A DNA stretch of 64,000 nt from Rebecca billardiae RCC1528 (lineage: Eukaryota > Protista > Haptophyta): the NCBI GenBank assembly GCA_965240325.2, contig OZ251231.1, forward strand, positions 1,116,001-1,180,000. The letters are read 5' to 3'. Below the pieces are notes generated by a model. That model saw only the letters and a list, made by a program, of their open reading frames with translations. It ran no database searches and had not been told where the DNA came from. The translations under genes and the position numbers were made by a program. Positions 44,481 through 56,031 of the stretch are shown here, in pieces; the stretch's first letter is position 1, and each line of letters begins with the position of its first letter.

Positions 44481-47400
44481 ATGCACGGGGTCATGCACGT
44501 CACTCTTCGGAGCATGGTGATCAAACACGCGGGGCGGGAGGGCTGGGCGGAGATGCTCGAGGAGTTCGCGGAAGGCGACGAGGACTCGATCGTCGCGCTG
44601 CGGCAGCACGACGACGCGCTCTCGCTCCGGCTCGTGCGCGCCGCGTCGAATCTGCTCGGGGTGAGCGAGGAGATCGGCCTGCGCCTGCTCGGCGGCCATT
44701 TCATCGCCTTCCTCCACGAGAATGATAACCTCGACTTCATCCGCTCGTACGGGCCGACGATTGTTGACTGCCTCAAGAATGTCAACGAGCTGCACGACCG
44801 TTACCGCGACTCGGGTGCGTACAAGCACTCGAGCTTCCCCTCGGTGCACGTGCAGCAGGGCAGCGAGCCGGGGAAGATGATTGTCGGCTACTCCTCGAGC
44901 CGCGGCGCGCTCCTTGCGCCGCTCACTGAGGGCATCGTGACCGCGGCCGCGCTGCGCGTGCACCGGCAGCGCGTGACGATGACGCGGCTGCCCACGGCGC
45001 AGGAGGGCTTCTCCGTCTCGTGGCACATGAGCATCGAGGACATCAAGGAGGGCTCGGAGGGCGACCGCGACTCCGTCGTCTCCGGCTACACGGGGGGCCT
45101 GAGCCACGACCAGACGCACAGCGCGCCGCGCACGGCGCCGTCCATCAACCGCGCCGCCAACGACAGCTTCGACCTGTCCGCGTTCGAGCGCAAGGCCGCG
45201 GCGATGTGGCACACGGCGCTGACCTCGCTGTGCTGCTCCGCGGGCCCGCGGGGGAAGAGTCGCGAGCCGCCGGCCGTGCACCCCCAGCTCACGGACGACC
45301 GTCTGGAGGCGCCCACCGACGCGCTCGAGTCGGCGCAGGGCATGCTCGGCGCCGGCACGCGGCCGTCCAAGGGCGGCCGGACGACGATGGCCGGCACGTT
45401 TGTCAAGCCGCCGCTCGAGCTGGAGTACAAGTCGCACCAGCTGCACCAGCTGATCCTGCACGACGCGCGCAAGCTGGGCCTCGTGCTCGCCGTGCTCGTC
45501 GCGTGCTGGACCGCGCAGGAGGCCGCGACGGCCGTCGCGTTCCGGCACACGCACGGCGCGCTGCTCGGCGCGCTCCTCGTGATCGCGTGCCTGCTCGCGA
45601 CCAACCCGGTGTCGACGTACCGGGCGAAGCTGCACCTGCAGCGCGTGCCGCTCAGCGTCGTCGAGGCGGGGCTGCCCGCCGCGCTCGCCCTCATCTCCGT
45701 GCTCACGACGGTCGCGACCGTCCCCGCGAGGGACGGCGCGCCCGCGCCCGACGGCGCGGCGGCGGCCGCCGAGCTCGGCCTCCGGGACGACAGCGTGCGC
45801 CTCAGCCTGCTGCTCAAGGAGGTGGCGTTCGCGGTGCTGGTCGGCGTGTACTCGTCGACGGAGCTCATCCCGTTCGCGGCGTTCCAGATCGTCTCGTTCG
45901 CCGCCACCCTGAGCGCCTTCTGCACGCTGCCCTCGCCGCCGTTTGCGCAGCCGCTCGTCGCGCGCGGCGCGATCCTCACGCTCGTCGTGCTGGCCATCAT
46001 CTTCCGATCGATCGCGACGCGGATGGCGGCGCACCGCCGGCAGTGGCACCTCGCGCGCTCGGTGGTGAAGGCGGCGGACCAGTGGCAGCGGCTGAAGAGC
46101 ACGGAGGTCGAGATGCACTTCCGCCAGGCCAACTCGCAAGCCGCGTCGGCGGCGCGCTCCAAGCTGATCCGCGTGGTGCGGCGCGGCGCGCGCCGAGCGC
46201 GCCGCGCGAGCGCGCCGCGCCGCGCGCGCGCGCGCTGCCCGCCTCCTGACCGCGCGCCTCGCGCCACGCGCCGCCCCCGCACGCGGCGCAGGTGATGCAC
46301 GACCTGCGCTCGCCGCTGCTCACCGTGCTCTCCGTCGCGAAGGGCCTCGTCGCGCACCCGCCGCTCGTGCAGCTCGACGACGCGTACGTGGGCAAGAGCC
46401 TCGACGCGATGCTCTCGTGCACGCAGCTGATGGAGAACGTGGTCGGCGACATGCTGGACTTCGAGCGGATCGACTCGGGGCGGCTGAAGCTCGCGAAGAC
46501 CTCGTTCACCGCGCGCGAGCTGCTCAGCCAGGCCGAGTCCGCCTTCTCGGGCCTCGCCCACGGCAAGGGCATCACCATCGACTTCAAGCCGATCCCGCGC
46601 TCGATGATTGGCCGGCGGTACCGCGGCGACCTGTCGCGGCTGCTGCAGTGCCTGTCGAACGGCATCTCGAACGCGTGCAAGTTCACCGCGGCGGGCGGCT
46701 CGATCACCGTCATCGCCTTCGAGTCCGACTCCGCCAAGCAGGGCTTCGCGCGGCTGCACATCCAGGTCAAGGACACGGGCGTCGGCCTCCTGCCGAACGA
46801 GCTCGAGAAGCTGCACGCGGGTGACGTCTTCTCGCAGGTGGGGCAGGGGCAGCTGCAGGGGCGCGGGGGCACGGGGCTGGGGCTCACGATCGTGCGGCAC
46901 ATCCTCAAGCTGCACGACGCGTCCGACCTGCTCCTCTCCTCCACCGGGCGCAACGAGGGCACCACCTTCGAGCTGCGCCTCAACCTCGCGCTCAGCAAGC
47001 GGCGGCACGGCGCCAAATCGATGGGCTCTGGCCAACTCAACTCGCGCTTCTCCGAGGCGGCGCAGGACCGCTTCGTCGGGCGGCGCTGCTCGGATGGCAG
47101 CAGCCATGCGGAGGGCTCGTTCCAGAGCGACTCGCCCGCGCCCGCGCCGCCGCCCATCGCCTCGCGCGCGCACTCCTCCATGGAGCTCAACGCCGCGCAC
47201 TCGCTGCAGCTCGAGGAGGCGAGTACGGACGACCCGACGCCGCCGATGCCGCGCAAGATGCACTCGGAGACGGACGCGCACGAGGCCAGGCTGCACCCGC
47301 CGGCGGAGGTGATGCCGGCCGCGCCGCCCGCGACCGACGTGATGAGTGCCGAGCCCGAGGTGACGTGCCTCTGCCTGCACGTCGAGGTGCGCGCCGCGCC

Positions 47401-48300
47401 GCGCTGCGCCGCGCCGCCGCGCCCAGACCCGAGCGCCACTTCCGGCGCGCGACGAGTGCGCGCCACGCGCGCCGCTGCCGCCGTCTGCTGCTCACGTGCG
47501 CGCGCCCCGGCTTCTCTCTCGCCCTCGCGCGCGCGCGCGCGCGCACGCAGGACGACCCGATGCTGCAGTGGGTCTTCGACGCCAACCTCTTCCAAGGCCT
47601 CGGCTTCCCGCGCCACCTCGCGCAGAACGGTCAGGAGGCGCTCGACATGATCGAGAAGCGCGCCGCCGACGGCGAGCCGCCCTACTCCATCATTATCATG
47701 GACAATCAGGTGCGCGTGCTGCGCCGCGGCCGCGAGGCGCGCGGCGCGCCGCGTCGTGGTCCCCGCGCGCGCGGTGCTCACACGCGACGCGACACCGCGC
47801 GGTGCCGCCCTCCCGCCGCTCCGCGCGCGCGCTCGGCGGCGCATCAGATGCCCGTGATGGTCGGCTCGCTCGCGACAGAGAGGATCCGAGCCATGGGGCA
47901 CACGATGCCGATCGTCGGGATCACCGGCGATCCGGTGGGGAGCCCGGATCGCCTCGCGTTCGAGGCGTCGGGCCTCGACCACTGCGTCGACAAGACGTCC
48001 ACCGGCATCGCCTTCATCACCACGCTGCTGCAGGAGCAGCTCGCGCTCGAGCGGAACGAGTCCCTCAGCCGTCGGACGAGCACGAGGACGAGCCTCCGGT
48101 CGCGCACATCGTCGCGCGCGGCCAGCAGCACCTTTGCCAGCGGCACCTTTGCCAGCGGCACCTTTGCCAGCGGCACCTTCAAGCCGCTCCCTGAGCGCGA
48201 CTCGTGCGCGAGTATGACGGAGGAGTCTGCGCCTGGCATCGCCGCAGCACCCGCAGCGCAGCCGTGGGCTCAGCAGCGGCGCTCGCGGCCGCAGATCTAG
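44481..48300 (+). CDS. H-NOX-6TM hybrid histidine kinase, copy B; exons 44481-46175, 46292-47386, 47551-47709, 47848-48300; 1133 aa
   Basis: Same motifs as copy A. Introns of 116, 164 and 138 bp with GT..AG ends restore a continuous frame. Confidence 0.9.
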
Positions 48301-48430
48301 TGACTTGTGGGAGACTAGTACTGTAGTACTCCACCGCCTCTTCATTCCTTCACATTCGTCTTGCCTCCAGAAGTGTTTTGTCACTGCTGTGAGATGCCGA
48401 GCATGAGTCCGGGCGGACTGCTTTGCCGTC

Positions 48431-48743
48431 TGTCAAAGGAATCGCCAATCTACAGTGATTTCCAATTTCCAATCCAACATTTTACTCGCAGTCACACAGT
48501 GGCGGCGCGACCGCTGCGGCGGCGCTCGCACAAAATCCTCCAAAATCAACCTGAACCTCATCCTAAAATACAGCAGGACAGCATGGCTGGCGGCGGCATC
48601 TGGAAGCATTCTAGATGCTTCCGAAACTCGTGAACGAAACATGAGCCGATCACTCAAAACACGCTGAGCTCACCACCACAAAAAAGAGCCGAAGCTCGTC
48701 CACGACCTCGCGACCGTCAAGCCTCGAGACGCGTTCCCTGACA
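48431..48743 (+). repeat. 5' LTR
   Basis: Direct repeat of 53244-53556. Confidence 0.92.
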
Positions 48744-48779
48744 TGCTAGCACATGAATAATCCATCAGTAGTAGCAGTC

Positions 48780-51459
48780 CGAACCGATTTAGCTCAGTCG
48801 TTTCGGGCTCTTCATTCCCTTCGACACAACCGTAAAGTCACCTGTTCGAATCCAGCGACCGACCGACGCGGGCAACTCTTGGCCTTTCACGCGAAGCGCT
48901 TTCGACCTCGCGAGAGCCTCGCGGCTCCGGGGGGGAATGAAAAGCGAGGAGTCGGCAAAAAGACGAACGAAAGAGGGGAGCACGAAGAAGATGACCGACA
49001 AAGAAAGACGACGACAGAAAAAACGAGCACGGTCCGCGACGCGCAACCTCCGGGTACAGTCGCCCGGGTGAACAACAAAGACACAAAAAGAGCCTCACAA
49101 AGCCACAGCAGCAAAGAAGGGCTCACCGCCCACAAAAGACGGAGTCTCTACGAAGCCACAGAGCAGACGAGCACGCAGGGTGGAACACCTGGGAAAGACC
49201 AGGCGGGGAGAGAAAAACCTCGACAACAAATCCGTCAGAACACTGGACGGGACTACAGCCCCTCGCGGGGTGTCCCACAGGAGACTTACGGTTATGTCCG
49301 AGGGAATGAAGAGCCCGAAACGACTGAGCTAAATCGGTTCGCGCGAACCGATTTAGCTCAGTCGTTTCGGGCTCTTCATTCCCTTCGACATAACCGTAAG
49401 TCTCCTGTGGGACACCCCGCGAGGGGCTGTAGTCCCGTCCAGTGTTCTGACGGATTTGTTGTCGAGGTTTTTCTCTCGGTTATGTCGAAGGGAATGAAGA
49501 GCCCGAAACGACTGAGCTAAATCGGTTCGCGCGAACCGATTTAGCTCAGTCGTTTCGGGCTCTTCATTCCCTCGGACACAACCGTAAAGTCACCTGTTCG
49601 AATCCAGCGACCGACCGACGCGGGCAACTCTTGGCCTTTCACGCGAAGCGCTTTCGACCTCGCGAGAGCCTCGCGGCTCCGGGGGGGAATGAAAAGCGAG
49701 GAGTCGGCAAAAAGACGAACGAAAGAGGGGAGCACGAAGAAGATGACCGACAAAGAAAGACGACGACAGAAAAAACGAGCACGGTCCGCGACGCGCAACC
49801 TCCGGGTACAGTCGCCCGGGTGAACAACAAAGACACAAAAAGAGCCTCACAAAGCCACAGCAGCAAAGAAGGGCTCACCGCCCACAAAAGACGGAGTCTC
49901 TACGAAGCCACAGAGCAGACGAGCACGCAGGGTGGAACACCTGGGAAAGACCAGGCGGGGAGAGAAAAACCTCGACAACAAATCCGTCAGAACACTGGAC
50001 GGGACTACAGCCCCTCGCGGGGTGTCCCACAGGAGACTTACGGTTATGTCCGAGGGAATGAAGAGCCCGAAACGACTGAGCTAAATCGGTTCGCGCGAAC
50101 CGATTTAGCTCAGTCGTTTCGGGCTCTTCATTCCCTTCGACATAACCGTAAGTCTCCTGTGGGACACCCCGCGAGGGGCTGTAGTCCCGTCCAGTGTTCT
50201 GACGGATTTGTTGTCGAGGTTTTTCTCTCCCCGCCTGGTCTTTCCCAGGTGTTCCACCCTGCGTGCTCGTCTGCTCTCTGGCTTCGTAGAGACTCCGTCT
50301 TTTGTGGGCGGTGAGCCCTTCTTTGCTGCTGTGGCTTTGTGATGAGGCTCTTTTTGTGTCTTTGTTGTTCACCCGGGCGACTGTACCCGGAGGTTGCGCG
50401 TCGCGGACCGTGCTCGTTTTCTGTCGTCTTTCTTTGTCGTCATCTTCTTCGTGCTCCCCTCTTTTTCTCGTTCGTCTTTTTGCCGACTCCTCGCTTTTCA
50501 TTCCCCCCCGGAGCCGCGAGGCTCTCGCGAGGTCGAAAGCGCTTCGCGTGAAAGGCCAAGAGTTGCCCGCGTCGGTCGGTCGCTGGATTCGAACAGGTGA
50601 CTTTACGGTTGTGTCCGAGGGAATGAAGAGCCCGAAACGACTGAGCTAAATCGGTTCGCGCGAACCGATTTAGCTCAGTCGTTTCGGGCTCTTCATTCCC
50701 TTCGACATAACCGAGAGAAAAATCTCGACAACAAATCCGTCAGAACACTGGACGGGACTACAGCCCCTCGCGGGGTGTCCCACAGGAGACTTACGGTTAT
50801 GTCGAAGGGAATGAAGAGCCCGAAACGACTGAGCTAAATCGGTTCGCGCGAACCGATTTAGCTCAGTCGTTTCGGGCTCTTCATTCCCTCGGACATAACC
50901 GTAAGTCTCCTGTGGGACACCCCGCGAGGGGCTGTAGTCCCGTCCAGTGTTCTGACGGATTTGTTGTCGAGGTTTTTCTCTCCCCGCCTGGTCTTTCCCA
51001 GGTGTTCCACCCTGCGTGCTCGTCTGCTCTGTGGCTTCGTAGAGACTCCGTCTTTTGTGGGCGGTGAGCCCTTCTTTGCTGCTGTGGCTTTGTGAGGCTC
51101 TTTTTGTGTCTTTGTTGTTCACCCGGGCGACTGTACCCGGAGGTTGCGCGTCGCGGACCGTGCTCGTTTTTTCTGTCGTCGTCTTTCTTTGTCGGTCATC
51201 TTCTTCGTGCTCCCCTCTTTCGTTCGTCTTTTTGCCGACTCCTCGCTTTTCATTCCCCCCCGGAGCCGCGAGGCTCTCGCGAGGTCGAAAGCGCTTCGCG
51301 TGAAAGGCCAAGAGTTGCCCGCGTCGGTCGGTCGCTGGATTCGAACAGGTGACTTTACGGTTGTGTCGAAGGGAATGAAGAGCCCGAAACGACTGAGCTA
51401 AATCGGTTCGCGCCAACCGATTTAGCTCAGTCGTTTCGGGCTCTTCATTCCCTCGGACA
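48780..51459. repeat. Palindromic concatemer: units of about 564/188/564 | 565/188/564 bp joined by 96-bp hairpins
   Basis: Hairpin centres (GGTTCGC|GCGAACC) at 49342, 49530, 50094, 50659, 50847 and 51411, with overall mirror symmetry about 50094/50095. Confidence 0.92.
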
Positions 51460-52436
51460 AACTTCAGGAATTCATCCCTGAGTTCGGACATAGTTGTGAT
51501 CTTGAGCTCGCGCTCAAATATCTGTAGCAGCAGCGCCAGATCCAAGTAGTTCTTGGTCGGATCGCTGATGTGCAGCTTCGATTCCAGATAGGCGAATAAC
51601 TGAGGCTCAATAGAGTCCTTCAGCTGCTTGAATATCGCTGCCGCAGATCGATCGTAGACCGATCCGATCTTGTTGGCGTCAGCGTTGTCAGCCTTGTATG
51701 GATCGATTTTGGCTGCGTCTTTCACCCATTTGTCTTTGGCAATGAGTTGAAAGCCGGATAGCTTGCTATCCTTGGGCTCCATTATGTCAGGTGTGACATC
51801 TGAGGATTTGCCCTTGTAGTAGGTGCTCACTTCTGCGAGTGCATCCCGTATCGCGCTGTGTACCGCGCGCTTGGATTTCAGAGCCGACTGTGTCAGCTTG
51901 TGTGTGGCGGGTGTATCCACTCCTGCCGAGGATTCGCGTGCCATGAACACACGTTCCTTCTTGGTTGGATTAGAGTCTGTGACTCCTCCTTCGATGACTA
52001 TCCAGTCACGTTTCTTCGACTCAAGTGCATTGGTCGATGTGTCGCGCGCGCTCTGTGGCGATTCGCGCTCTACCTTCGAGCGAGGAGTGACCCTCGTCGA
52101 GGCTGTGGTGCCTTCTTTGGGCTTCTTCACGCTCGTTCTGTCCAGCGGTGATGCATGTGCATCCGCGGCAGCTTCGGCGGAATACTCTTCCTTGCAAGAG
52201 TGTGGCGTTGTGATGGCTGACGCAGCTGATGCATGCGCACGCGCGTCGCGCTCGCCAACTTGGTTTTGCTGCGGCTTTGCCGTCAAGCAGGTGTATGATG
52301 CCCCCCCTGCATCGCATGCGCTTCCTACGTTCGACGCGAGTCGATACGTGCCAGACGAGGACTCTGCCGTCTCTGCGGCGGTCATCTCGCGGCTGCTTGT
52401 GTCGCTCGTGGCGAGCAGCTCGGCTTCGGAAGCCAT
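51460..52436 (-). pseudogene. Probable N-terminal half of copia-type Gag, inverted relative to LTR polarity and truncated by the hairpin array
   Basis: ATG at 52436; helical DRSAAAIFKQLKDSIEPQLFAYL...ELRDEFLKF resembles the copia Gag (UBN2-type) core and runs straight into the hairpin at 51459. Confidence 0.55.
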
Positions 52437-52453
52437 CGTGAGGCTGGTAATGT

Positions 52454-52978
52454 ATGATGTTGGTCTTCAAGCTGTATAACAGCATGCACGACCATCCCCA
52501 AGTCTACGAGTCAGTTATCTCGCACTTCAGAGCGCTCACGCCCGAGCAATGTGTGGATAACACTGACCAGATAATGGCCCAGATGGAAGATGCCTACAAA
52601 CGGCACGGCTCAATGAAGCTACTCCATCAGAACAATACCAAGGGGAGAGAGACCGAAAATTATTCCAAGATACGCCAAAATGCTGATTATCAGCAAGGCA
52701 CGCGGCGACGCGGTGACTTTGAGGGCGCCGAAGTCTTCGCCGCTCAGGCCCAAAAGGCTCCAGCCAATGGCGAGAGCGGGCCGAATAACTCGGACACCGG
52801 CAAACGGTGCACTCACTGTGGTCTCAAGAACCATACTGCCCAGCAGTGTTGGAAGCTCCACCCAGAGCTACGCCCCAAGGCCAACAATTACAACAAAGGC
52901 AAAAACAAGGGAGCCAACAAATTTCCCAAGGAGCGTATCCATTTCCTGGATATTCCTGCTCCGGATGCCTATGATTAA
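52454..52978 (+). CDS. C-terminal half of copia-type Gag with CCHC zinc knuckle
   Basis: CTHCGLKNHTAQQC (CX2CX4HX4C) followed by WKLHPELRPK, typical of copia nucleocapsid. Confidence 0.75.
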   Translation: MMLVFKLYNSMHDHPQVYESVISHFRALTPEQCVDNTDQIMAQMEDAYKRHGSMKLLHQNNTKGRETENYSKIRQNADYQQGTRRRGDFEGAEVFAAQAQKAPANGESGPNNSDTGKRCTHCGLKNHTAQQCWKLHPELRPKANNYNKGKNKGANKFPKERIHFLDIPAPDAYD

Positions 52979-53243
52979 CTATCAAGGCAGGGCATGACCC
53001 AATAACAAGGTCCAAAATCAAGGCCAAAGAGTGAACATATGGTGCAAATAAGCCCAGGACTGACTCGGGTTACCCAAAACCGTCACACGGAAGTCCCAGC
53101 ACATGACCCGTATCCTGGCATTGGCAACCATTACTGACTCCAATTCACTCATGCACACAGATGCACAAACAATACCAAGCCCAAAATCACTCATAATCCA
53201 AGCTTAGTCCTCACAGACGAGCGCATATTGGATTGAGGGGGGG

Positions 53244-53556
53244 TGTCAAAGGAATCGCCAATCTACAGTGATTTCCAATTTCCAATCCAACATTTTACTC
53301 GCAGTCACACAGTGGCGGCGCGACCGCTGCGGCGGCGCTCGCACAAAATCCTCCAAAATCAACCTGAACCTCATCCTAAAATACAGCAGGACAGCATGGC
53401 TGGCGGCGGCATCTGGAAGCATTCTAGATGCTTCCGAAACTCGTGAACGAAACATGAGCCGATCACTCAAAACACGCTGAGCTCACCACCACAAAAAAGA
53501 GCCGAAGCTCGTCCACGACCTCGCGACCGTCAAGCCTCGAGACGCGTTCCCTGACA
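53244..53556 (+). repeat. 3' LTR
   Basis: Preceded by the PPT and followed by TSD CCGTC. Confidence 0.92.
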
Positions 53557-55661
53557 CCGTCATATGGCCATGGGATGCTGACTCTGAGTGAGCACAGTGC
53601 CTGTAGTGACAGTCGGACCGGAGAGTGTCGTACTGTACTCGTACTTCGTAGTATGTGAGTATACTGATTGAGGCCACTCGAGCGACTTCGTGTCTGGCGA
53701 GGCAGATCGCGCCAGTGCGTGGCGAGGCAGACGCTCGCCTGCCTCGCCGCTTGGCGAGGCAGCTAAGCTAGTAAAGCCGCGGCGGAACTTTACGAAAGCC
53801 AAATGTCTGCCGGTGCGCCGCCCGTCTTTTGCGCACGGTGACAAGGGCGCGCGAGGGCGCTTCCTCACGATCCCGAAGAGCGCTGCGCGCGGCGTCGCGT
53901 TGGCGGCGGCAGCGGCGCTGGCGTGTATCTTGCCCATTCTGCGTGGCGGCGCGCTCTCATGACGCCTCGGCCGCCGCCACGCCATGCGCGACCGGGCGTG
54001 TCGCCTTCTTGACGGGCAGTGCACACGCCCTTGCAAGCGCACAGCCGTGAAGAGCCGAGAGCGTCGTCGCGAGCACGCGCCCAGTCGTGCACTGGCCGGC
54101 GGAGGCAGTGGCGCCGGGCGTCGGGAAGCACTTCGAGTTCCTCGGTGAGGCTGGCGAGCCCGCGCCCGACAAGAAGCAGCGTGGCGGCGCGCGCGCGCCG
54201 TGCTCGCGGTGAAGTACGTGCTGCTCGCAAAGGGAAAGCAGGGACACCTCGAACACTCGGTAGATGATCTCGCCGTGCTCGCCGCTGACGGCCAGCGTGC
54301 GAAGCGCGCTGCTGGCATACACGGCGTTGAGCAGGCCACCGTGAGAGAGTGCTCCGTCAGACCCGTGGCCAAGGCCCTTGTCGATCAGCTGCGCTGAAGG
54401 GCGCGCGCAAGAGTGTGTGCTGGAGGTCAGTTCCAGGCAGGCTCCATGTTGGCTGCAGCGCTGTGTCTGCGCAGCATGCCCCCGCACGCGCGTCTGCGGG
54501 CGCACGCCTGCGTTCATCTGCAACTTGCGCTCGAGCTCAGCCTTGAGCGCGCTCAGCGTGCCCTTCAGCAGCTCGAGCTGTTCCTCCTTGCGCCACGCGT
54601 CCGCGTGTGCTGCGAGTAGTTGCTTGTTCAGCGGCTGCACCTGCACCGCCGCGTGCTCGACGCTTGCCTCGACCACCTCAACACGCACGCGCTCGCCGAT
54701 GCGCTCCAGGGACTGCTGCGTCAGCTCATGCGCACAGTGGAGCGCCGGAGCGACACCTCCGCGCCGTCCTCCGCGCTTATCGCCAGGCTGGGCGCTATGG
54801 AGAGCTGCACGTGCGCTGAGGGCTCGAGCCCGACGACGCGTACGCAGTTCACCTCGCTGTACGACGAACGCCACCTCGAGTGCACGAGCGCATGCGTCTA
54901 CAGCGGAGCACCGAAGGCCGCTCCGGCAGGCTCGCCGCCGACTTCCCCAGTAGTAAGTAGTATATCAAAGTCGTCTTCGGTAGCGCGCGAGGCTGGCTAC
55001 AATACGGTGATGCTACACAACATGGGTTGCGTCACGCGCAGCACCACATGGGTGGCCGGCAGCGGCGTACCATCGGCTGAGGTGTTCCTGAGTCACTGTT
55101 CCTCTGCAGAGGAACGTGCGCGCGTCGACGAGCACTTGCGCGCTCCGCGGCCTTCGGCACCTTGACATCATTGCGCGTGCGCATGACAGGCGCGGATGGT
55201 TGCGCACTTGCGTTTCCGTTGGTGGCGCGTACGATCCGCGAGCACCGTCCGCCGGGGCCTTGCCATTGTCGACCTTGGACGGCGCACGGCGCACGGCGGC
55301 GCGCTCGCAGATTCGGTCGGGTAGCCCTCGCTGGACATGTGCTGGCCTCTGTTGTTCCGCTGCTCATCAGACCGGGTGCCAATCAGTGGCCCACAATTGA
55401 CGACCCGTGCGCCTGCTCCGCATGCTCGCACACGGGATGACTCAGCCTGGAGCCACCCCGGTCGAGATTTCGGGATGTCAAAGCAGTGGCCGAGCATGCG
55501 CGCAAGCGCTCTCGTCCGCATGGAGCGTGACCTCTACCGTTCTACCGTCTGAGCGTCTGCCGTCACATGAGTCGGACAAGTCCCCAAAGCTGGGTGCAAC
55601 CAGGCCCTCGGGAGTAGCCGCCAGGCCTCCCGCCACCACCGCAGCCGCGCCGCCCAGGGTT

Positions 55662-56031
55662 GTGAGTCCTGGGATTACCCGGGGTGGTCAGGCTGGCGCG
55701 CACACTCGCGGACGCTTGGAACCCGCGCTCCCGCGCTGCGTCGCGTGTCACCCCTCGATCGTCGCCCCACCGCCACCTCTTCCATCCCATCACCACCTCT
55801 TCCTCGACATCCTCGGCCTTCGCCGCAGCACCGACGCCCCCGCGAGCGGCCGCTGTGGCAGCGGGCGATCCGCGTGTGTTGCGCCGCCGCGCCGCCGCGC
55901 CGCCCAGAGTTGTGCAGCGCGGCCTGTGAGTCCTGCGAGCTGCCCTGTGTGGTCAGGCTGGTGCGCACGCTCGCGAACGCTTCGAACACTCGCTGCATAG
56001 CGTGTCGCCCCTCGATCGCCGCCCCACCGCC
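55662..56031. repeat. Diverged direct repeat, about 110 bp x2 (about 55662-55774 and 55927-56031)
   Basis: Shared gtgagtcctg..gtggtcaggctgg.gcgcac.ctcgcg.acgctt..gcgtgtc.cccctcgatcg.cgccccaccgcc. Confidence 0.65.

Larger units (their letters stand above)
48431..53556 (+). mobile_element. Non-autonomous gag-only LTR retroelement (copia-like), 5126 bp, TSD CCGTC
   Basis: Two apparently identical 313-bp LTRs (TGTCA...TGACA) with CCGTC on both flanks. Polypurine tract GAGGGGGGG directly precedes the 3' LTR. Gag remnants present; no pol. Confidence 0.92.

Noticed and set aside
35507-48300. Bacterial contamination or an unmodified bacterial two-component operon
   Set aside because: Both kinase copies have three spliceosomal introns of the same style as neighbouring host genes.
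49295-49390. Hammerhead ribozyme/retrozyme (ATGAAGAGCCCGAAAC resembles CUGANGA..GAAA)
   Set aside because: The conserved C3 is absent, and no stem I can be drawn other than the trivial palindrome pairing.
48753-51401. ORFs within the palindromic array
   Set aside because: They are repeated by symmetry on both strands, have no recognisable domain and reflect the purine skew.
48780-51459. CRISPR array
   Set aside because: The repeats are 96-bp hairpins separated by long, mutually homologous segments rather than unique spacers. There are no cas genes and the context is eukaryotic.
53560-55550. Possible spliced minus-strand gene (ORFs 53957-54874 and others)
   Set aside because: Some coiled-coil-like stretches are present, but I could not build a consistent exon model or recognise a domain.
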